Below, piece after piece: positions 58,881 to 64,000 of a stretch of DNA of 64,000 nucleotides. Origin of the DNA: a virus. The stretch covers positions 32,001-96,000 of the IMG/VR virus record IMGVR_UViG_3300025154_000049. One strand, given 5' to 3'. The number at the start of each line of letters is the position of its first letter. Within the stretch, counting starts at the first letter, position 1. The notes under the pieces were generated by a model. That model ran no database searches. It saw nothing but the letters and a program-made list of their open reading frames with translations, and was not told the origin of the DNA. A program made the translations under genes and the position numbers.

Positions 58881-59222
58881 TTATCCAGTTAGTTCAGACA
58901 TGGACCTTCTTATCAAATTCTCATTAGATACTCTAATACGTTCTTTTTCTAGGTATTCAGACATTCCTTCTATGGAAACTATTTCCTTCTGAAGATTTAT
59001 GTATAATTGTTTTTCTTTTCCCTTAGAAGTATTTATATCGTGGGGAATTCCGTTTCCATATACAATATCTACCGCTCTTCCAATCATCCAATATTCAGAA
59101 GTATCGTAAAGAAAACTTGTTTTGGCATTGACTGGAACAAGCCATGAATTTTTAACCTTAGTTCTATATTCTTTCAGTATATTGAAGATGATTTCCATAG
59201 CTTTATTTTCATTAATCATCAT
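58881..59222 (-). CDS. Hypothetical protein, C-terminal MxEL tag
   Basis: Ends RSMSELTG. Confidence 0.65.
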   Translation of the reverse strand: MMINENKAMEIIFNILKEYRTKVKNSWLVPVNAKTSFLYDTSEYWMIGRAVDIVYGNGIPHDINTSKGKEKQLYINLQKEIVSIEGMSEYLEKERIRVSNENLIRRSMSELTG

Positions 59223-59454
59223 TACCTAATCCATCTTTTAGATTCCAAGCAACTGTACCGTCTTTTTGTTTTATACCAAAAATAAGAGCATGTTTTATTA
59301 GTTCCGATACACTACTCATACCGAGTTCTTTAGCATATAACTTCATTCTTAACATCTCGTCTTTATCAAATCCGTCAAAACTAACCCTAAACAATTTCCC
59401 TTTCAGAACCTTTTTGGCTCTACGTTGTCTTTTGCTTTTTTTCCAAGTTTTCAT
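59212..59454 (-). CDS. Possible ribbon-helix-helix DNA-binding protein
   Basis: FRVSF...LYAKELGMSSVSELIKHAL. Confidence 0.5.
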   Translation of the reverse strand: MKTWKKSKRQRRAKKVLKGKLFRVSFDGFDKDEMLRMKLYAKELGMSSVSELIKHALIFGIKQKDGTVAWNLKDGLGNDD

Positions 59455-59696
59455 TTTATCAATTCCTCCATTATTATTTCTAAATATTTTTTATCATCGT
59501 AATAGTATTTGTTTATATAATCTAATTCTACTCCATATCCATAATCTTTTTCCGTCTCTTTGTATACCCCACATTTTTGACATTGGTAGAATACATGGTC
59601 ATCTGGAGATAAGAAAGGCTCGCTCATATTTTTTACGATTATCCAGTCATGAAAACAAAATTTCTTTTTAAAGTAATTAATTATTTTATTTTTCAT
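59451..59696 (-). CDS. Zn-binding hypothetical protein, C-terminal MxEL tag
   Basis: FCFHDW...CQKCG; ends IIMEELIK. Confidence 0.65.
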   Translation of the reverse strand: MKNKIINYFKKKFCFHDWIIVKNMSEPFLSPDDHVFYQCQKCGVYKETEKDYGYGVELDYINKYYYDDKKYLEIIMEELIK

Positions 59697-60144
59697 ATTT
59701 CTCTTTAAGCTTTAAATATAATTTATGTTCTTCCTCTGCTTTTTTAGTTTCATCTTCCTCTTTTTTCTTTTTTAATCTATCATCTATAATTTTCCTATTT
59801 TCTCTAATAATTTTTAATTCTTCTTCATATTTATCAGCTAGTTCTTTTTCAAAATCTTCATAGAAAAATCTTATTGGAAAACCTATTATTCTAGTGTCTT
59901 CATCTCCGTCTTGTTGAGTGAGTTCTACATATTCTTCTATATCATCGACGGGATATAAATCTACACTGACTCTATTGTCATCATTGAACTCAAAGCCATA
60001 ATCCTGAAAACTCCAATGGTCAAAATTCTTTTCAGCACAAGCTTTATCCTGCTCAAATTTTCTTTCGGCATTAAGTACTTTATTTCCTATCTCAACAGCC
60101 TTCGTTCTAAATCTTTTGAAACCTTCTAAAATTTCTTTACTCAT
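59686..60144 (-). CDS. Hypothetical protein
   Basis: 152 aa; charged C-terminal helix. Confidence 0.65.
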   Translation of the reverse strand: MSKEILEGFKRFRTKAVEIGNKVLNAERKFEQDKACAEKNFDHWSFQDYGFEFNDDNRVSVDLYPVDDIEEYVELTQQDGDEDTRIIGFPIRFFYEDFEKELADKYEEELKIIRENRKIIDDRLKKKKEEDETKKAEEEHKLYLKLKEKYEK

Positions 60145-60153
60145 AACATTCTC

Positions 60154-60480
60154 CTAATTTATTAATTCTTTCATTGTATCGTATACTTTCTTCTGGTCTT
60201 CTGTAAAATATTCTCTAAGACTCAATTTTTCAATAAATCCTTTTTCTTTTTCTTCTCTATCCATGCTCATTTTAAAAGCTATATCGGGATTAGTGGTGAA
60301 AACTAAGGATAACATAAATCCAGTTTTTAATTCTTCTATCTTTGTTTGAGCATCTACGTAATCTTTTGTAGCCACATCGCTCCAAGACGTACCGTTTATT
60401 GCTTGTACCGTATTTAAATTTACGTTGGAGGTGGTAATTACCTGACCCGCTGTAAAACCATAAGGATTATTTAGGGACAT
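60154..60480 (-). CDS. Hypothetical protein with fibre-like N-terminus and C-terminal MxEL tag
   Basis: NPYGFTAG..., DVATKDYVD; ends DTMKELIN. Confidence 0.65.
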   Translation of the reverse strand: MSLNNPYGFTAGQVITTSNVNLNTVQAINGTSWSDVATKDYVDAQTKIEELKTGFMLSLVFTTNPDIAFKMSMDREEKEKGFIEKLSLREYFTEDQKKVYDTMKELIN

Positions 60481-60482
60481 TC

Positions 60483-60884
60483 TTAATTCACCAATTCATT
60501 CATTACTAATAATTCATGATAGTACTCATTTGGATATTTTTCTAGCACTTCCAGTATACCTGTTTTTAATTTTTTGTTATTTAATAATTTTAGCATATCT
60601 TCCTTATTAAGTAAAGTATGCAATTCTGAAGAATCTTTAAATTGAGTTTCGTTCAGAAGTACGAAAACTATATGGTTTCCCAGATACTTTATTTGAGAAC
60701 GGATACATAGTTTTCTACCAGTATTTGTATTAACTATATTTCTTTTAACTAACATGAGAAAATAGCTAATCTCATCTAAATTTCTATGCCCCATATTATA
60801 CCCTATAGAATTTTTTGGGAACCATTCTTTATTAAGCCATACAGGGTCTAGGTAATAATATTCATTTATTATTTTAGTTGTCAT
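60483..60884 (-). CDS. Hypothetical protein, C-terminal MxEL tag
   Basis: Ends LVMNELVN. Confidence 0.65.
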   Translation of the reverse strand: MTTKIINEYYYLDPVWLNKEWFPKNSIGYNMGHRNLDEISYFLMLVKRNIVNTNTGRKLCIRSQIKYLGNHIVFVLLNETQFKDSSELHTLLNKEDMLKLLNNKKLKTGILEVLEKYPNEYYHELLVMNELVN

Positions 60885-61215
60885 TAGTTAATTCTCTCAT
60901 TATTAAATAAGGCTCTATGTCTGGATACTCAGTACATTTGAATTTACTATATTCCAAATCTGACAATCCATAATTTATCATGTAGTCATAACAACCTGCC
61001 ATAGAATGAAAATCTTTGGGTTCTATTGTTTTCTTCTTGACCTTGCCCTCGGAGGATATATAATTACTTACGGTTTCTATTGATAAGTTATCTCCTTCTC
61101 TGTATATGAATTTAGATTTCCAGAAGCATCTATCGTATCTTTCCTTAATAGGTTCTATAAGATAACATTTATTATTTTCATATACTTCACGTATTACATA
61201 ACTTTTAAAATCCAT
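60874..61215 (-). CDS. Hypothetical protein, C-terminal MxEL tag
   Basis: Ends LIMRELTNDN. Confidence 0.65.
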   Translation of the reverse strand: MDFKSYVIREVYENNKCYLIEPIKERYDRCFWKSKFIYREGDNLSIETVSNYISSEGKVKKKTIEPKDFHSMAGCYDYMINYGLSDLEYSKFKCTEYPDIEPYLIMRELTNDN

Positions 61216-61514
61216 TAAGTGGTTAGCTCCAACATTGTAAATAATTTAGTTGCTTCATCTTTAGCTAGGATAGCAAATCCTATAAAGAACTCTTCTATGG
61301 CTTCTTTTGGTATTCTGGGAAATGTTCTAATAATTCCTTTGACGACCTCTCTTATTAAATTATCATCCGTAGCGTACCAAATTTGATAATGCCCCATCAT
61401 GTCAGAGAATAATATAAATTTTCTATCGTCATTTATGTATAGTTTTATACTAGAATGGGGATAATACCTCGATATTAATATATTAACTATGCTAGTTAAT
61501 TTTTCAGGATTCAT
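61215..61514 (-). CDS. Hypothetical protein, C-terminal MxEL tag
   Basis: Ends FTMLELTT. Confidence 0.65.
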   Translation of the reverse strand: MNPEKLTSIVNILISRYYPHSSIKLYINDDRKFILFSDMMGHYQIWYATDDNLIREVVKGIIRTFPRIPKEAIEEFFIGFAILAKDEATKLFTMLELTT

Positions 61515-61897
61515 ATTTTAAATTTCTCCAAAGATTCCCACTGCTCATCATCAAAAGCAGATATAACGGGAAGACCATCATAATTAAAAAATAAAAAAGG
61601 ATAACTTTTATGACCTTTATCTAAGTTTGGATTAGCATTATTAAAAACAGTACACACTGCTCTCATGTGAGGAATCCAAAAGTCTCCCACATATTTGTTA
61701 TCCCCCTCTAGGTTCTCTGCTAATTCCTCCCTAGTTGCATATCTCTTTTGTCCTTTTAGCTTAAATTTGTTTTTAGTGCTTCTCCTAACTGTTTCATTTT
61801 TAAGGAATTGCTCAAAAGTCATACCTTCATTTATTCCCTCTATTTGACAGCTATAGAAGGCTTCTTTGAGAAGCAATATCTCACGTAAATTCATCAT
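61511..61897 (-). CDS. Hypothetical protein
   Basis: 128 aa ORF. Confidence 0.6.
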   Translation of the reverse strand: MMNLREILLLKEAFYSCQIEGINEGMTFEQFLKNETVRRSTKNKFKLKGQKRYATREELAENLEGDNKYVGDFWIPHMRAVCTVFNNANPNLDKGHKSYPFLFFNYDGLPVISAFDDEQWESLEKFKI

Positions 61898-62985
61898 TGA
61901 TTATATCTCCCGTATTCATTTGAAAATGAGTACATCCAATACCCTACTTGGGTCAGTAAAACTATTATGAAAGTAACTAAATAAGCCCAAGAGGGAGGGT
62001 CTATTTGCATATAATTAAACTTACTGAAGTCTTTTATCTGATAATTTTCTTGTACCTCCTTCTTTATTAAAGGGATTATACCGTCATTCATCTTATTGTC
62101 TAGTATTATAGATTCTAAATTTCTTTTCACTAGAGATTTTTCAGTCCATCCGAAAACATAAGACCATCTATTTCCTTCTATTCCCCCATAACAAATCACT
62201 AAGTCATTCTTCTTACCCCCAACCCAAGCAGATTCTTGGTACATAGCCTGTTCTTTATCTTTGTTTCCAAAGTAAATCATAATTAAGTTGATTTTTTTAG
62301 TAGCTCCAAGCTCAGTATTCAAAACATCCCAAGCATGGGGAGTTATAGTAGACACGTTGATAAGTCTATCACTTTGAAACCAATTATTATTTTGAGGATA
62401 CTCGAGGGTCTTCATATTTTTAGGAATTTCTACGAAGGAGAAGTTAGATTTAGTTGCTTTTATAATATTAGTCCAACTTCTTGTGGTAGTTGTAGGAAAG
62501 TAAATTTGACCCGTTCTATTATAGGTAGCATAAATGTTGGGGTCTCCTCCGTCAAATCCCGACTTATTACCATCTTCTGTATTATAATTTCCAAAAATAT
62601 TAGATATCTGTTTAAATGTGGCTTCCTCTATCTTGTTACTTTCCCCAGTAGAAGAATCAGCTTCCCAATATCTTTCATGAGTTCTATGTTCGGTAGTGTA
62701 ATAGGTAGTACAAACTTCGTTCTTACCGCTACCCGAGCAAGATGTATGGGCTTCTTGATATTCTTCTATCCACTCTGGATAATAGGTAGCTCTTATTATA
62801 TGACCCGACCAAGTTTCTGTATCGGAGGTCATTCCAGCATATAAACATCCGTGAATAATTCCAACTGTTGCGAATCCTATTAAAACACTAAGTAGCCACT
62901 CCCACCAAACTATTTCTTTTTGTGTTATCCAAAGATAAAATCCTACTATAAGAGGGATAAAACAAATCAAATATAATGCACCCAT
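61894..62985 (-). CDS. Membrane protein (2 N-terminal TMs, 1 C-terminal TM)
   Basis: Hydrophobic termini; WVGGKKNDLVI motif. Confidence 0.75.
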   Translation of the reverse strand: MGALYLICFIPLIVGFYLWITQKEIVWWEWLLSVLIGFATVGIIHGCLYAGMTSDTETWSGHIIRATYYPEWIEEYQEAHTSCSGSGKNEVCTTYYTTEHRTHERYWEADSSTGESNKIEEATFKQISNIFGNYNTEDGNKSGFDGGDPNIYATYNRTGQIYFPTTTTRSWTNIIKATKSNFSFVEIPKNMKTLEYPQNNNWFQSDRLINVSTITPHAWDVLNTELGATKKINLIMIYFGNKDKEQAMYQESAWVGGKKNDLVICYGGIEGNRWSYVFGWTEKSLVKRNLESIILDNKMNDGIIPLIKKEVQENYQIKDFSKFNYMQIDPPSWAYLVTFIIVLLTQVGYWMYSFSNEYGRYNQ

Positions 62986-63069
62986 TATTGTCTCCTTATT
63001 ATATGCAATAATATCATATTAGCACACAATTAATTAAATATCAACTATTTCGTTATAAAAATTTACAAA

Positions 63070-63298
63070 TAAAAAGAGTAGTCCAGCTCGACTACTCTCT
63101 AAATTAAAAGGAATCCCTCAGTCTAAGATTCCTTTGGCTACTAATAGAGTACCCGTAGTCTGCCACACTACACGGAACCAGAGTATTTATAACAGCACGT
63201 AATTGACTGATGACGTACTGTTTTTATTTACCTCCGAAACGCAACTTAGCTTTCGTGGATAGCTACTCCCTACTTGCTGGGAAGAATACGTCTCACAT
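63070..63298 (-). ncRNA. Candidate structured ncRNA (about 225 nt)
   Basis: Promoter TTGACA-N17-TATAAT at 63333-63305, several hairpins, terminator at 63074-63099, no credible ORF. Confidence 0.55.
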
Positions 63299-63337
63299 GA
63301 TATTATTATACCACAACCGTATTATTTTGTCAAGGGG

Positions 63338-64000
63338 CTAACCCCATTCCCATTCAATTTGTTCTTTAGTATATCCAAGTCTTTTTATGTCTGGGTCATT
63401 ACAGAAGGATTCTGCTAATTCGTCGGTATCTTCTTCCTTTAAAAATTCTTCTTCATCCCTATAACCGAAAGAGTTCATATAGATAGAAATAGAATCTGGG
63501 AATATTTTACCTTTATATTCTCCGTCCATTTTGCTATAGTCGTCAGCTAAAATATCAGCATGTAGTCCTAATCCGTTCCAAACGTATAAAGCATCACCCA
63601 TAGAAAATCTTAGATACCTAAATTCTTTGAGCAACTTAGCAAGTTCTTGTCTTGAAGGATTTTTAAAAACATCTATATTTGTTCCGCCATAATCTTTTCT
63701 CCAACCAAGAGGAGGTAATACTACACTTTTGTAGTACTCTTCTTTTAAACCGTGTTTTATATATAAGTTAAGTATCATACCACCTTTTTGTATCTTTTTG
63801 GGAGTATTACTAAAAGTCATGTTATCCCAGTCAGCTACATATTTTCCATCTTTTAGTTCTATAACTCCTCCGACAAGATATTTCCAATTTAACTTTTCTC
63901 CAGCTTTATTTAATTTATCTACAACGGGTTGGTGAAGAGCTGTTACATCCCAAACATAGACATCTTCATTTTCTAAATCTACAACAAATCTCATTCTAAA
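63338..64000 (-). CDS. Hypothetical protein with repeated domain; 5' end probably outside the window
   Basis: Frame open to the window edge; RF....YVW....H repeated twice; VFKNPS motif. Confidence 0.6.
   Translation of the reverse strand, partial: FRMRFVVDLENEDVYVWDVTALHQPVVDKLNKAGEKLNWKYLVGGVIELKDGKYVADWDNMTFSNTPKKIQKGGMILNLYIKHGLKEEYYKSVVLPPLGWRKDYGGTNIDVFKNPSRQELAKLLKEFRYLRFSMGDALYVWNGLGLHADILADDYSKMDGEYKGKIFPDSISIYMNSFGYRDEEEFLKEEDTDELAESFCNDPDIKRLGYTKEQIEWEWG

Noticed and set aside
17994-61514. MxEL tail explained as the next gene's Shine-Dalgarno (GAGGAG)
   Set aside because: Many copies use GAA TTA/CTT/CTA with no SD-like sequence. Some have a separate GGAG after the stop (60154), and several tagged genes have no coupled downstream gene (17994, 42010, 45459, 58881). 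SD overlap may contribute only in the MEEL cases.
2121-62844. Short ORFs antisense to real genes in the track (e.g. 2121, 9885, 10107, 11643, 21666, 24440, 31096, 35673, 62335)
   Set aside because: Shadow frames opposite well-supported genes, without RBS or promoter support.
63180-63240. tmRNA (frame VNKNSTSSVNYVLL* loosely like a tag peptide)
   Set aside because: No tRNA-Ala-like acceptor or T-arm ends and no ALAA terminus.
1-64000. Stop-codon reassignment (TAG or TGA)
   Set aside because: Long intact ORFs under the standard code; TAG and TGA end genes at sensible places, including right after the conserved tag.

Overview
Very AT-rich 64-kb segment of a large tailed (jumbo-like) bacteriophage genome, almost entirely minus-strand. 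It holds a terminase large subunit (cut by the window edge), a sigma-like factor, a TOPRIM primase, a MoxR AAA+/vWA-metallopeptidase pair, and three paralogous double-Kelch-propeller fibre proteins with other modular virion proteins. It also encodes thymidine kinase, an amidohydrolase, a Mom-like DNA-modifying enzyme, three RNA ligases of different families (Rnl1-like, DRB0094-like, RtcB), HNH nucleases, an odd tRNA-Trp and several candidate ncRNAs. Two promoter classes are visible: host sigma70-type (TTGACA-N17-TATAAT) and a phage motif TTTATATTATAWWTAG in front of structural/late genes. The most striking observation is that about 31-33 mostly unrelated small early proteins end in the same C-terminal peptide, [M/L/F]-x-E-L-[V/I/T/C/L/S/R] plus 0-4 residues. 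The motif is conserved at the protein level with synonymous codons, which suggests an undescribed tagging/docking system; the MIDAS-bearing vWA/MoxR pair is a candidate reader. Also notable: a putative N-terminal capsid-targeting motif on late proteins, and a perfect 46-bp palindrome that overwrites catalytic motif V of the Rnl1 ligase. All functional calls come from motif recognition by eye; no searches were run.
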